From the NCBI RefSeq assembly GCF_009914755.1, contig NC_060947.1: DNA of 64,000 nucleotides. One strand, 5' to 3'. The notes below the pieces were generated by a model. That model was given only the letters and a program-made list of their open reading frames with translations. It was not told the origin of the DNA and searched no databases. The DNA is from the human T2T-CHM13v2.0 reference genome, Homo sapiens. How positions within the stretch are numbered: position 1 is the stretch's first letter; each line of letters starts with the position of its first letter. Positions 16,317 through 33,279 of this stretch are shown here, in pieces. Made by a program: the position numbers and the translations under genes.

Positions 16317-19300
16317 GGTCAAATTTTATAAGGGTGTTGTATGTGTATTCTGTAGTTGTTGGCTGTGGTGTGGTGTTCTATATATTGGCTATTAGTTCAT
16401 TATTAATAACATTGTTCAAAAATTCTATATCCTTAGAGGCATTTTTTGTCTCCTTGATCAACTACTGAGAGAGGTGTGGTAACACTTTCCATTCTAATTT
16501 TATATTTGCTTATTTCTCCTTTAGTAAATTAATTTTCCTTTATATATTTCAAGGCTTTGTTATCAGCATAATCATTCAAATTTGCTAAACTTCCCGGTGA
16601 GTTGGAACTTTTATCATAATAAAATAACCTTCTATATCTCTCGTAATGCTTTTTGCTTTTAAGTATATTTTGCCTGCTATGAATATAGCTATACAAGTTT
16701 TCTATCTGTTATATATTATTTGCATGATTTTTCTGTCTCCATGTTTTTACTATCAACCTATGTGTACCCTTATATTTTGGATTTGTCTCTTTTAAACAGC
16801 ATGTAGTTGTGTTTATTAATCCCATTTGACATTATTTTTTAACTTGAGCCTTTAGCTTTTAAAATCTTTTATGTTTTGTAATTTTAAAAATCCTTTTATT
16901 GATACATACTATTTATACATATTTATGGGATACATGTGACCTTTTGATACATGAATACAATATTTAATGATCCAGGGTAATTAGGATACCTATCACCTTG
17001 AACATTTGTCATTTCTTTGTGTTGGGAACATTTCAAATCTTCTCCTCTAGCTATTTTGAAATATACAACATATTGTTTTTAACTATGGCCACCCTATTGT
17101 GCTATTGAACACTATAACATATTATTTTAATGTAAGTCATTAACTAATCTCTCTTCAACCCTCCCCACAACACACACCCTTCCCAGCCTCTGGTAACAAT
17201 CATTCTACTCTCTAACTCCGTGAGATACACTTTTTTAGCCCCCACAGATGAGTGAGAACGTGCAATTTTTATCTTTCTGTGCCTGGCTTATTTCAGTTAA
17301 CGTAATGACTTCCAGTTCCATACATGTTGCTGCAAATGATAGGATTTTATTCTTTTTTATGGCTGAATAGTATTCCATTGTGTATATATACTCCATTTTC
17401 TTTATCCATTCATCCATTGATGGACATTTAGGTTGATTCCATATCTTGGCTATTGTGAATAGTGCTATAATAAACCTGGGGGTGCAGGTATTCATTCAAT
17501 ACACTAATTTCATTTCCTTTGGCTATATATCATATGATTTCTGGATGGTATGATAGCTCTATTTTTTGTTTTCTGAGGAACCTCCAAACTGCTCTCCATA
17601 GTGGCTGTACTAATTTACATTCTCAGCAACAGTGTATAAGAGTTTTCTTTTCTCTGCATCCTGGCCAGAATTTTTAATTTTTATCTTTTGATAATAGCCA
17701 TGCTAACTGGGGTCACTGTGGTTTAGATTTGCATTTCCCTGATGATTAGTTGAGCATTTTTTTCATATATTTCTTGGCCATTTGTATGTCTTTGAGAAAT
17801 GTCTATTCAGATCCTTTGCCCACTTTTAAATGGGATTACTTGGGGTTTTTGATGTTGTGGATCATAAACATTTAATAAAATTATTCATATATTTGGGTTT
17901 AAAGCTTAATTTTATTTTGTGCTTTTATTTGTCCCATTTATATTTCTTTCTTGATTTAAAAAAAATTGAAAATTTTGTGTTGATTATTCAACTTTTTCCC
18001 CTCCCTACTATTGATAGCTTGGAAATTTACATCCTGTTACTATTATTTTAATAGTCACATACTATTAATTACTAGATATATAATTACCTTATCAGAATAT
18101 AAATTTAATAAATACCTAAATAACTTCCAATACGATACCAGGCCCTTAGAAAAGTTGAAATCCATTTAAGCCCCTCCTGACGTTTTTTCTGATTGTATGA
18201 TACATTAAGTTTATTTTTTAAAAAGAAGAATAGATGTTTTTCTGATTTCTTCTTCTGCCAATGTTCTCTTACATTGCCCACGTACTACCACTTCCTTTGC
18301 TCTTCATTCCTTCCTGTATTTATTTCTTTTAAGGTCATGTTCCTCCTGAAGTACATACTTCAGAATTTCCATTAGCTTGGTTTGCTGGTTACAAACTCTC
18401 TGTTTTGTTTGTCTAAAAATAACTATTTTATCCTCTTTTTGAAAACTTTTTTGAGTGATGCTGCCCTTAGAATGCCAGGTTAATATGTGCAGCATCTCCC
18501 ATAAGCACCCCCATCCAGTCTTTGATATCCCTGAGCCGAAGCCCGAGTTTGAAGTGACCATATGCTCTCAGAAACCTTGGTGAAATAACAATGCCTATCT
18601 GAATAGGTTTGATGAGACACTTACATGAGATAAGGATGGAAAATTCCTGGCACAGAGGTTGAAGGCAACTAAAGGGAGTTATTCTTTCAACTGAAGGCAT
18701 TGGCTCTGAATCTTAAGGATTTTAAGGGTTTTTTGTGTGTGTGTTTTTGTTTTGTTTTGTTTTGCAATTGGAAAATGAAATGTGGCCTCCTTAGAACCAC
18801 CAGAGCTAGAATTCTTGTAATTGGAAGCCCCCTTACCCCCAACCCCTCTCCTATAATATGAGGCCAGAGATAAGGTATGCTCTGTATCCAACTGGAGCCA
18901 GTTTAGCAAATGCTCCTCCAAGCCCTATATGAAGAGACCTCCGCTTGGTTCTGATGATGCAACCCAGGCAACTTTACACAATCAAAATTTTTTGCACAGC
19001 TCTGAGACACAGTCTTTGTCCTTTCTGATGCCACCAGGTCCAACTGCAGAACACCTGATTTGGCGATGAAGCCAATTTAAATGTAGAACACGATTCTGCT
19101 TAGAGGCCAGGGTCAGATGTCATAGTATTGGGGAGCAGAAGCAAGAGTCTGAAGAAAACCCCTAAGCTATTGCCAGCATCACCCCCGACTGTGTGAAGTA
19201 AGCAACCTGCCTTCTCTGCACCTCCAAAATCCTCCACCCACCACCACCACCATTCCAGTGTTCCATCCACAAGAGAAAGGTCATGCCCCTGAGATGAAGG

Positions 19301-19611
19301 TGCTTTGTCTTTAAATGTAGATTGTTTACTCCAAGGAATTCTAGGTATTGGAGTTGGAAATAAGAAGGCAGAAAGAAGCAGGTAAAGTACCTTGGCAGGC
19401 TGAAGCTGAAATTAACAGCAGCTGAAAAGCATCAGACTGTTCACTCACTTCCAAACATCAGGAGTCAAGAACAAGCAACTCCTTTGCACTTGGGCAGTCC
19501 AAGTGCACTTGGTCTTGACCCCCCAAAGTTCCCACAGGAGTCTCTTAACCACACTTTACATGAGAGAAGGAAGGCTTGCTTTCCCAGAACCAGAAGTAAG
19601 GGAAAATGGAG

Positions 19612-20002
19612 TGCTGCAGGCTGAATTATGTTCCCCCAAATTCATTGTAATCCTAACCCTCAGTACCTTAGAGTGTGACTGTATTTAAAGATAGGGCCTT
19701 TAAAGAGGTTATTAAGGTAAAAATGAGGCCCTTAGGGTGGGCCCCAATCTGACTTGTGTCCTTATAAGAAGAGGAAATTTGGACACACTGAGAGAACCCA
19801 GAGGCACATATGCACAGAGAGGATGGCCAAGCAAGAGGGCAGCCATGTGCAAGCCAAGGAGAGAAGCCTCAGGAGAAACCAACCTTGCTGGCACCTTGAA
19901 GTTGGACTTCCCAACCTTCAGAACTATGAGCAATACATTTCTGTTGTTTATAAACCACCCAGTCTATGGTATTTTGCCATAGCACCCCAAACAGACTAAA
20001 AC
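19612..20002 (+). mobile_element. MaLR LTR (MLT1B-like)
   Basis: tgaattatgttcccccaaattc...gtccttataagaagagg...agactaaaaca. Confidence 0.8.
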
Positions 20003-20408
20003 AGCACTGTAACAAATTATCACAAACTTGGCTTAAAACAAGAGAAGTTTAATTTCTCACAGTTCTAGAAGCCAGAAGCTTAACATCTGTTTCTCTGGGC
20101 TGAATTCAAGGTGTCAGTAGGACTGTGCTTTATTCCTTGCCTCTTCCAGTTTCTGGTGGCTGCTAGCATTCCTCTGCTTATGGCCACATCACTAATCTCT
20201 GGTCATTGCCTTCTCTTCTTGGTGCACCAACTCTCCCTCTTTTATAAGGGCACTTGTGGTTTAGATTTCAGCCTGCCTGGAAAATTAAGTCAAAAAGCCT
20301 TAACTTAATCACACCTGCAAAGACCATTTTACTTTATAAGGTAACATTTACAGGTTTCAGGGATTAGGACTTGATACATTTGGGTGGCCATTATTTAGCT
20401 TCATACAG
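20003..20408 (-). mobile_element. MaLR LTR (MLT1-like), antisense
   Basis: gtaacaaattatcacaaacttggcttaaaaca...cacagttctagaagcc. Confidence 0.72.
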
Positions 20409-20458
20409 AGTCCGAAATCTTTGCATACAATTTCAGGAAGATCATGGATTCCAGGTAG

Positions 20459-20986
<528 letters not shown>

Positions 20987-21509
20987 AGAAGACTGCATTT
21001 CTAACAAGCTCCCCCAAATGACTCTGATGTCTTGCCCCCATACTTGAATGGGTATTGGTTGAGAGCCTTGTTCTCCAGCTCTCCTCTCTGTTAAATGGAC
21101 ATACTGCTACTTCTTTCACAGTAAAAGAGGAGATGTGTGTGAAAGCCTGTTTCCGCAATGCACGTGCTAATGCTCTTCCCGCCCCTTCCCCTCTTCCCCG
21201 TCTTTTCCCTATACCAAGGTGAAGAACTTTTATTATTCACTTGATTTTGGACCCACTTCGTGTTTAATGCACCTGGCCTAAGATGCAGAGTTGAGCCCAG
21301 GGAGAAGGGACGGGTTGGGGGAGGAAGAAAGAGTCGCAAATTCCCAGGCAGATTGGCTCCATCGGTCTAATCAAGCTGCACTTGACGCTCCGCGGGCCTG
21401 CTGCGCCCCCGCCCCCTCAGGCGAAAACTCGCCTCTGCCCAAGGCTGTGCGGGGCGTCCGCCCCCGCACTTCGCTGATTGGCCGCACTAGCCCGCTCGTC
21501 ACGCTCTTT

Positions 21510-21738
21510 TGTCTCAGCTGGCAGAGGATAAAAGCCGCCGCGGCTGCCTTAGGAACGGCGCTGCCTCGTCTCTGCTACCCCTGGTTGGGCGGCCCTGCGA
21601 AGCAGCTCCTTCGGGCAGCCCCGGGTCGCTTAGCGGCCAAGGAGGCTTCAGTTCTTTGCCGCCTGCAAGGCGGAGACCAGAAGGCGGAATCCACAGCTGG
21701 CGACGCGGGAGCATCTGCTGTCCACCAGCGGAGCACAG
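21510..21738 (+). other. ZCCHC12: ZCCHC12 non-coding exon 1 (TSS approximate)
   Basis: Ends at donor CAG|GTAAAG (GT 21739); no ATG in the exon. Confidence 0.75.
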
Positions 21739-22071
21739 GTAAAGAATGGGGGTGTGATTGCCCGGCGGGGAGAGGGGTGGGGGAAGACCCACCAGTACTG
21801 GGCGGCTCCCAGCTTGGAGAATCGGTGACTGTGAGGCAGGGGTAGGAGTACTCTCGTGGCCCGGCTGCGCTGAGGGAGGAGGTGGGGTTCACCTGGATAC
21901 TGCGGGCTAGGTAGGATTTGCCTGGATTTGGGGGTGGGAGGAGAGGCGAGGAGTAGCGGGGGGAGGAATCTCGAGCTGTTTGCTTCGAACATCCTTTGCA
22001 TCTCCTCATCTCTTTCTGGGAGGAATATGTGGGTGGGTGTGTCCAACTCCTATTCCCTTTCTCCGTGGCAG

Positions 22072-22123
22072 GCCATCAAAGCCGCATCTGAACTTGAATT
22101 CTGTGCAGCTGATTGCAGAGCTG
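22072..22123 (+). other. ZCCHC12: ZCCHC12 non-coding exon 2
   Basis: Pyrimidine tract plus CAG acceptor (AG 22070-71); donor CTG|GTAGGC. Confidence 0.7.
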
Positions 22124-22321
22124 GTAGGCCGACGGCTTCCCGGGGGAAATGTAATGCTGGAGGGTGGGGGGCTGGTCTCTGGCTTATAGTCAGGAGGGGG
22201 CAGAGAGAATTTTTCGCCTGGCAACAGCGGAGGTGGTGGGTAGCAGGATGACGGGTGAAGCTGCTTCTAACCCTTCCCTTCTCTGGCCTTCTCCGCTGTG
22301 GCGCAATCTTGAAACCTCAAG

Positions 22322-22446
22322 GACCCGGATCTGCGACCCCCTGTGGACAGAGGTTGACCGTACCCCGGAGAGGAGCTTTCTCACGGAGGGCACTGGTTGC
22401 AGAGGCTGGAAGTGAAATAAAGACGCGCTCTTGTTTCAGAGTTCGT
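22322..22446 (+). other. ZCCHC12: ZCCHC12 non-coding exon 3
   Basis: Branch-like CTAAC at about 22266, pyrimidine tract, AG 22320-21; donor CGT|GTAAGA. Confidence 0.68.
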
Positions 22447-22920
22447 GTAAGAATCTGAGAAATAACAAGGGGGACGGGCGTGGGGGGCACTTTGAGAAGG
22501 GGGTGTGGTTGAGACCAGAGACCATGAGGTTAATGAGATCTTATTTTATTTCCACAAATCTGCGATCATTGTACTCTATTTGGAGAGCCCAATATCAGCT
22601 CCAGACACTGCTACACCTAGAATTTGAAGCAACAGTTACCGTCCCTCTTGGAGGACTGGTGGGAGGGATGGATGTGGCTGCAAAAAGCACCTTGCTAGCA
22701 CGCAGGCATCGGGTAGCTCTGGGAGGTTGTAAGTGTCAATCTCCTACAGGATTATTTTTAGGGTAGTGGGCAAATATAAAATGTACTGCAGGATATTCAG
22801 GTAGGAAGAGAATGCAGCTGCAGCCCGCTCCCTTATTAACCAGCCCCCCTTTCTTTTTTACAGCCCCTGCTGAGATAGGAAGGCAGAGCCACCTCCTCTC
22901 CTCTCCCACCTGCAGATTAA

Positions 22921-24186
<1,266 letters not shown>

Positions 24187-24480
24187 GGGACCACCCCCAG
24201 GTTTCAGTGAACCCTTACCTATATTCAGCATCCAGTAGTGGGAAAACTGGGGTGGGGGTGGGGGTGGGACTTCTAACTGCATGAATTAATCCACAAAGCG
24301 GCTATCTTTTGGGGTGGAGTAGAAAGGGTCTTGGATACCAGCACATTGGAGGGAGATAGCCTGACCTCTGTCCTTGCTCCTTCTCCCTGCAGCCTACGGG
24401 TCTGTTTTCTGTGTGTGCCCATTTCCTTGACAGCTTTATTCTTTGTGAAAGTGGTATAATTTATTGTTAAATATTTGAAC

Positions 24481-24687
24481 AATAAAAAAGGTACAAAAAG
24501 TGAAGTACAAATTACCCAAATCTCTCCACCCTTATATAATCATTGTCAACCCTTTGATGAGTGATATTTCCCTATACCTATGTACCCAGATAGATATATG
24601 CATAGATAAAAGTGATGAAATATAAGTGCTGTTCTATCTGTATTTTTTCACCAAACAATATATGTTGTGAGCTTCTATGTCAATAAA
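24481..24687 (+). terminator. Two AATAAA polyadenylation signals (24481-86, 24682-87)
   Basis: Canonical hexamers 295 and 496 nt after the stop; GT-rich tract (tgtgtctgtg) follows the distal one. Confidence 0.7.
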
Positions 24688-26122
24688 TATATATATCAGC
24701 ATCTGCCTTAATGTGTCTGTGCTGTTAGGAAGAATTTTTAAAAAAGAAAATATAGTAAAAAACTGTAAAGGGGGGTTGTACTCTGAGGTGGGATTTTTAA
24801 CCGCATTTTGCAAATGAAAAAAAATAAATGGGCTGAGATACTTCCCAAAGGTAAAAGGACAGAGCCCCCTTACCACAACTAACCTGTCCCTTCGCTCAGA
24901 GAGCCAAATTGTGACACCCACTTGTTGACAAAACACCAGTGCTTTCTTCTCTGATATACCCAGGAGACTGATGGGGGATGGGGGAGTCCGGTGCTGAGGT
25001 AATAGCCCAATATGGGGATTCCAGGGGCTCCATTTCTGTTCACTTTGGGGATGGGCAGTTCTTCATCTGGGCAGATTCCTTAGATTGTTGTTGCTGTTGC
25101 TGCCTCTGGACAACGTCCTGGTCACAACAAGGAATCTCTCCTGTGGGCTGACACCACCTTCTGCCCCCTCCCCAGTTAAGGAAAAGAGAGAGCAGCCACT
25201 CATGGGAGCTCAGCATTAGCAGGCTCAACTCCTGACGGCGCCAGAGCCTCCCCTATAAACTCTGAAGCTATGCGCTGGAGGCCACCGGCAGCCCACGGAC
25301 TCCAAGTTAGCTTGGGAGACACGAAAAGCAATATATTTGCTGGAGCACGTGAAGGAACATGGGAATCGGAAAGCCAGGAAGCCCTGCACTCTATGTGAGC
25401 AGAGCCAAGGGCATCCATAGGAGAGGGAGAGAAAAGAGGGACCACCTCCTCATCTCATCCTGGAGGGCGATAGAAGAGGACTCGCGTGTGACCTCAGGCC
25501 CCAAAGGTCCCTATGTTTCTTGTAGGTGCCTAGGTCCCTATTTTTGCGAGCAGGACAAGGCTGGGGAATGGGGTGGAGGTGGTTGCACTTAAGGCAGAGG
25601 TCGAGTGTGAAATGAATATGCAGATTTGGGACCCTCAGGGAGTCTGCCCTGCCGGAAATAGGGGCTCCACGGAGCTGAGAGGATAGAGTATGAAGCAGTG
25701 AGTGCTGGTGTGTCGAGGAGAAGCACAGGGCTCGATGGGCGGGAGAGAGGAGAGAGTGCTGTGACCAGTCAATTCACAACTTCATTGACTGGGACAGGGA
25801 GCCTCGGAGATATCATAGACCCTAGGGTTTCAAACTCGTCTCTGGGCTGTGTTGTACCAGAAATGGCTCCGGTTGAAGGTCCCATGGAGGGGTATTGGGG
25901 TTCTGATTATGTTGGCAGTTGATGGTCCACTCCGTGGGGACAAAGGGGGTTCAGTCTGAGGCCCCAAGGAAGGAGTGGTAGCCAGGCACTACAAGAAGTG
26001 TTCCCTGGGCTGCCATGCCAAGAATCTGGCGTGAAGTGCTTCTCTTTCTAGAAACAGGCTCTCAGCTACTCCCTGGCTTATTGCCCCTGCTCCACTCATG
26101 ACCCCACCATTTGACCTTATAA

Positions 26123-26614
<492 letters not shown>

Positions 26615-27546
26615 TAGCTTAAGAAAAACTGGGTCAGGAGCAAAGACTCAAGAGGGCCACTCCTTGCATCCTTCTGGGGCATCTCTGGGCCCCTGGCAGC
26701 AATCTCAGTCTCTCCAGAGCCAAGAGGGACCACTTGTGCACCCCCAGACAGGTGGCAGCTCCACTCAGGCCCCCAAAGCCAAAGAGGCCCCCAACATTCT
26801 CCAGCTTGCATAGAGTTTAACCCTTAATTCCTCCCTAAATCTACTCCTGGGTGATATCTACCCTTCTCATCTAGTACAGATTCGAATATTGTTCCATTTC
26901 CTGTTCACGTTTTTTGGTTTTACTCTATAAACACTTGTTGAGTGATTTGTCCAAAGACACAGATTATGCTGCTATTTCTTTCTATTACCAGGGGGAGTAG
27001 AAAAATGAATAAATCCTATCCATACCACTACTTCCCTTTCACTGGAGTGAGCTTGGATGTTCAGTATAGACCACTGCTTTCACTGCTTTGAAAACCTATT
27101 TTGTGACTCATTCCCTTTCATCCTCGCCCCCTCCCCTTTTTTTTTAAACTCTGACACTGGCTTTTAGTTTATTCAAGAAATATGCATTCTTCCTAATTGG
27201 ATACCTGGGCATTCAGATCAGATGAATAGAGTTACCTAAAAGGCTTTTAGAGAATTTTGTGTCGGATAGCCTTCATTTAAAGATATGGGCTTATTTTCTT
27301 CCTTTCTGCCTTCATTCTCATTGGTCGCTAAGAGATGAGAAATTGCTATTTCATCTTGTCAGAAGAAACCAGTCTCTGAGTGCCCTTTTACACAATCTCC
27401 CCGCTTCCTGGCATCTTGTCCCTCCGTTTCCATGACATCCCCCCTCACAGTTCCCGCTTCCTGACCTTTTGATGCCCACTTCTCGGTCTCCTTTGCTGAA
27501 TCTTCTTCTTCTTCTTCCTGATCCTTCCATAATAATGATACAATAA

Positions 27547-27763
<217 letters not shown>

Positions 27764-27938
27764 GAAAATTGCTATTTTTAAGAGCTTATTGTGTGCCAAA
27801 CATCCTGTATCAGGCTCTTTGAAGGCGTTGGTTCCTTGAATCCTCATCTTAACCCCATATGGTATTGCCATTTTTACATATTTTAGATGAGGAAATAAAC
27901 TGGAACATTAAGCAGCTCACCTAGGGTCGGGCAGCTAG

Positions 27939-28346
<408 letters not shown>

Positions 28347-30668
28347 CAAAGCCTATGCTTCTTACATGTCTCCCATGTTCACAGCACCCTATCATGTAGG
28401 TGTTATTATCTGCATGTGACACGAAACAAAATTGAGGTTTGTAAAAATTCAGGATAATAAGGCCTGCCTTTCCAGGTGTGCCCTTTATATGAGTGATTAA
28501 CATAGGGTTGGTCCATTGTAGACTCCCACAGACTCTCAAGAAATGGCAGCTACTGGACATCTGCTGAAATGCATTACTCTGCTACTGAAGGAAGGGCAGG
28601 AAAAGTTAAATGCTGTCCATGCCATGCATACAGTGCTTATTCAGTGTTAATCTGATGATATGACAGTCTGGTTTCAGGAGCTACACTGAGCTTGGCCCCT
28701 GACAGGAGTCCTTTACAATTCAGGTGACCCTGAAATCCTGCCACTGCCAGAGTTCTCAGGGGCAGGATAAAAGGAGGCAGCGAGACTAGCTCTGGGTCTT
28801 GAGTTATCATCCTGGCAGGAAATATGTATGGATCCTTAGCTGCAGCAGCTCATTGCAGACCAGAGCTGACAACTTAGGTTGGCCTCACACACATTCTTCT
28901 TCCAGATATGTAACATGTTCATCATCTCCATTTTACAGACTAGGACATTGAGGCACACATAGTTATTGTCACTTGCCTAAGATTACACAGATAGTAAGGG
29001 TTGGGGCTGGAATTGAACTTCAGATCTGCCTCTCCCCAGAGCCAGAAGTCTTTACAGTTATACTATAAAGTCCTTCCTAATGGGTACAATATATCTGATC
29101 ATTCTATCGGTTGCATCCTGGGAACCAATTTCTAATTGCCATACTCACGACCAAAAGCCTGCACAGTAACATAGCCTTGGTCTCATTTCTTTTATTAAAC
29201 AAGACGGAAAAAAAAAGATCAGTTTAGGAAAGCTCCTTCTTAGAGCCTGTAACTATCTTCTCTTCATATTTATTTTTATATACAATTTCTGGGATAAGAT
29301 ACTAAAAATAACAAACTGTTGATGAGGATGTGGACAAGCAGTCTCTCTCCCACACTGCTGGTAGGACTGAGGATTGAGGCATTCTTGCTGGAAGGCTGAC
29401 CAGGAAATGCATCAAAGGTTGAAATATAAAAATCCCTGGATCCAACAGCTGCTGAAATTGATGCTGAGAACATAGCTGGACAAGTGTAAAAAATTTTTAT
29501 GAACAAAGATGTTTACCCTAGTTTATTTTGTGTAATAGTGGAAAACTGGAAACAAGTTAAAAGACCATAAGTAAAACTTGGGTGAATAAATTAGGCTTCA
29601 TACTTGCAAGACAACGCTCTGCATTTCAAGCTCTCGGTGTGCCTTCAGATCATTGAGTCTAATTGGAAAAATTAAATGTGGCCGCTCTAAAAACGGGCTT
29701 AAAACCCCAGGCCATCTGTGTTCTCTCTGACCCCCAGTGTGCTGCTCCATCAGTCTGGAACTCTTTTCACCTGGCAAAACCCTTGTCAAACTTCAAGTAT
29801 CCTCTCATCTGGCACTCCCTCGGGCCAGCTTGCCCTGACCCTGCTAAAGCTCATTCCCCGAATCTTAGGTAGCATTTATCATTGTGTTGTAATTGCTTGT
29901 ATAACTAGCTGTCTTCCCCACTAGGCTTTTATCCTCCCAAGCCTAGTACAATGTTGTTGGGGCATCTTGACACAGACTTCAGGCACGTTCCCACCTCACC
30001 AGTTTGCACTGGTTGTTCTCATTGTTCCTCCAAATAGCCCTGTGCCTTAATCATTCCCCATGTTCCTGTATTTGCTCAAATGCCATCTTCTCATTGAAGC
30101 TGACCCTGAACATCCCATTTAAAACAGCACATCTGATCATCAGCACTCCGATTCTCTCTTGCCTGCTCTATTTTTCCATCACATGCCTTTCTTCTAGTAT
30201 ACTACATAATTTACTGAGTTATATTGTACATTGATGTCTCTCCCCACCAGACTCAACGACAGCAGGCATTCTAGTTAACTGCAGCATCACCAGCTCCTGG
30301 AACACTCCCTGGAACAGAGCTCATTCTCAGTAAATATTTGTGGCTGGAATGAACAAAGTGCCTGGCACACAGTAGGCCCTCAGTGAATGCCAGCTTTTGT
30401 TACTGCCTCCTACCTGGAACAAGTGCTGCCAGAAAGGAGACAGTCAATGAGAGAATAGTGCACATTGCTGAGCCACCACCCACCTAGCCGATGAAATCAC
30501 AAACCTGGAAGACATTCTATATCCATTGCTTGGTTTTCACTTCCCCAGGGTATCACTTATTAGATGGACCATTCACTCCTAGCATGGCAGAAAGTGGGAA
30601 ATGGGTTTCTTTGTAGCTTCATCTATGTCACATTATCAAACTTTGGGTTTAAGAGTTTCAAATCCCCA

Positions 30669-30950
30669 GGCCGGGCATGGTGGTTCACGCCTGTAATCCC
30701 AGCACTTTGGGAGGCCCAGGCAGGTGGATCACGAGGTCAGGAGATCGAGACCATCCTGGCTAACACAGTGAAACCCCGTCTCCACTAAAAATACAAAAAA
30801 TCAGCCAGGCATGGTGGCGGGCAACTGTAGTCCTAGCTACGCAGGAGGCCAAGGCAGGAGAATGGCATGAACCTGGGAGGCAGAGCTTGCAGTGAGACGA
30901 AATTGCGCCACTGTACTCCAGCCTGGGCGACAGAGTGAGACTCCGTCTCA

Positions 30951-30979
<29 letters not shown>
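30669..30979 (+). mobile_element. AluY
   Basis: 16-bp TSD aagagtttcaaatccc. Confidence 0.95.
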
Positions 30980-30981
<2 letters not shown>

Positions 30982-31089
30982 GTTTCAAATCCCTAATCAT
31001 CCCAAGTGCATTTGTTTTGTAATCCCATGGGCATTTGCAAGATGCCCCAACAACATTGTGCTAGTCATAGGGGATATAAGCCTGATAAT

Positions 31090-31330
31090 AACTCATAGGT
31101 CCTGAAGCTAAACTGCCCAGATCTGAAGCCCAGTCTCAGCATTTACTAGTTGTGATCCCAGTCAAGGTATTTACCCTCTCTGTGCTTCAGTTGCCTCTCT
31201 CTAAAATGGGGACAATAACAGTACCTATCTTAGAGAGTAGTTGTAAGAAATAAGCAAGTTACTATATGTGAAACACATATTACAATGTCTGGAAACAGGC
31301 AAGAGCTCTATAAATGTTAACTATCATAAG
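31090..31330 (+). mobile_element. MIR
   Basis: Core ctctctgtgcttcagttgcct...aaaatggggacaataacagtacct. Confidence 0.75.
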
Positions 31331-31596
31331 CCATTAGTATTTAACAAATATGAATGCCTATAGGCACGAGTTTGAGGAATGAAAAAGAGGGAAGTGGAGA
31401 CATTAAATTTATATTTTTCTTTACCCAACTCATGAAATATGGGGAGATCAGAGACAGGTTAATATAGCTAAAGAGAACCGCGGGGTCAATTCAAGCATTA
31501 CACTTCCTTTATCAACCCCCATTTCCTGGAAAGTTGCCCAGTCCTTCCTTTTCTGCTCCTATGTAGACTTTTACCATAATACATATAAAACTGTCA

Positions 31597-31942
<346 letters not shown>

Positions 31943-32195
31943 TCATGTGTTTAATATCCACAACATTCGTGTTTTACATGTCTTTTCTCTATCCTAGAAT
32001 CCAGGCTCTTTGAGTGCTGGGGCTGTGTCTTATTTGTCTTTATAAAAGGATTTCTTTGTTAGTGCTTTATTTTTAGAATATGTTCACATGCTTAGAGTAA
32101 GGAAAACCACTAAAGAGAGAAAGACAAGGAATTGGCTAAATTCCTTAAAAATATGAAACTACCCAGGTTTGGGGATAGTAACTGACCAGGAGGGC

Positions 32196-32495
32196 TTTTT
32201 TTTTTTTTTGAGACAGTGTCTCGCTCTGGAGCCCAGGATGGAGTGCAGTGGCACGCAATCATGGCTCACTGCAGCCTCGACTTCCCAGGCTCAGGTGATT
32301 CTCCCACCTTTGCCTCCTGAGTAGCTGGGACCACGGGCATGTGCCACCACACCCAACTAATCTTTGTATTTTTGGGGTAGAGACAGGGTTTTACCATGTT
32401 GCCCTGGCTGGTCTCAAACTCCTGGACTCAAGCGACCTGTCCACCTCGGCCTCCCAAAGTGCTGGGATTAAAAGTGTGAGCCACTGCACCCGGCC
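32196..32495 (-). mobile_element. AluJ
   Basis: Alu consensus. Confidence 0.92.
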
Positions 32496-32968
32496 CATTT
32501 TATCATTTGACTGGGGCTTTGGGAAAGTATGAAGAGGTTAAGAAGGGAAGTTAAGGAAAACCATAGCTAGTAGTCCCAACTTCCTCTATAAATTTTAACA
32601 CAAGACATCTCCGAGAGACTATGCTTAATTGGGGGAGTAGAATTTGTTGAAGTCTCCTTGCATGTGCCTAACTTCAATTCCTTTTCATGAACATTTTCAC
32701 CATCTGTTGCAATTTCCCTGCAGTTTACTATTCTCTTTCAAAAAGCAGTACTATACAGAGTATTCCAGATGTCATCAGATCCATATAGTGGGACTACCAC
32801 CTTCTTCAATCGAACATTGGTCAAATGGAAATAATAGTCTCGATCACATAGTGTTGTAAAAATTAAATGAAAAATTTAAAAAAGAAAATAACTGTCTTGA
32901 AAAATATGGGTATATTGGGTACTCTTTGCTATTTTCCTTCTATTAAGGAACAAACAAGAGTGATAATA

Positions 32969-33279
<311 letters not shown>

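Larger units (their letters stand above)
21330..22500 (+). promoter_or_regulatory. ZCCHC12: CpG island / ZCCHC12 promoter
   Basis: High CpG density. Inverted CCAAT boxes (ATTGG 21352, 21477), GC/EGR boxes (21403-21416, 21458-21468), half-CREs (TGACG 21383, CGTCA 21497), TATA-like GATAAAAG 21527. Confidence 0.88.

Noticed and set aside
21291-22415. 184-aa and other overlapping ORFs over the ZCCHC12 CpG island
   Set aside because: Non-ATG starts, GC-driven stop scarcity, they cross splice sites, and no domain is recognisable.
24240-24247. GGGAAAAC resembling the PEG10/PNMA3 -1 frameshift heptamer
   Set aside because: Lies 54 nt after the stop codon with no pol-like ORF downstream, so it cannot act on the CDS.
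25830-25965. Minus-strand SD*TPFVPTEWTIN peptide loosely recalling TMEM31
   Set aside because: Only a few matching residues, from memory; no splice or extended support.
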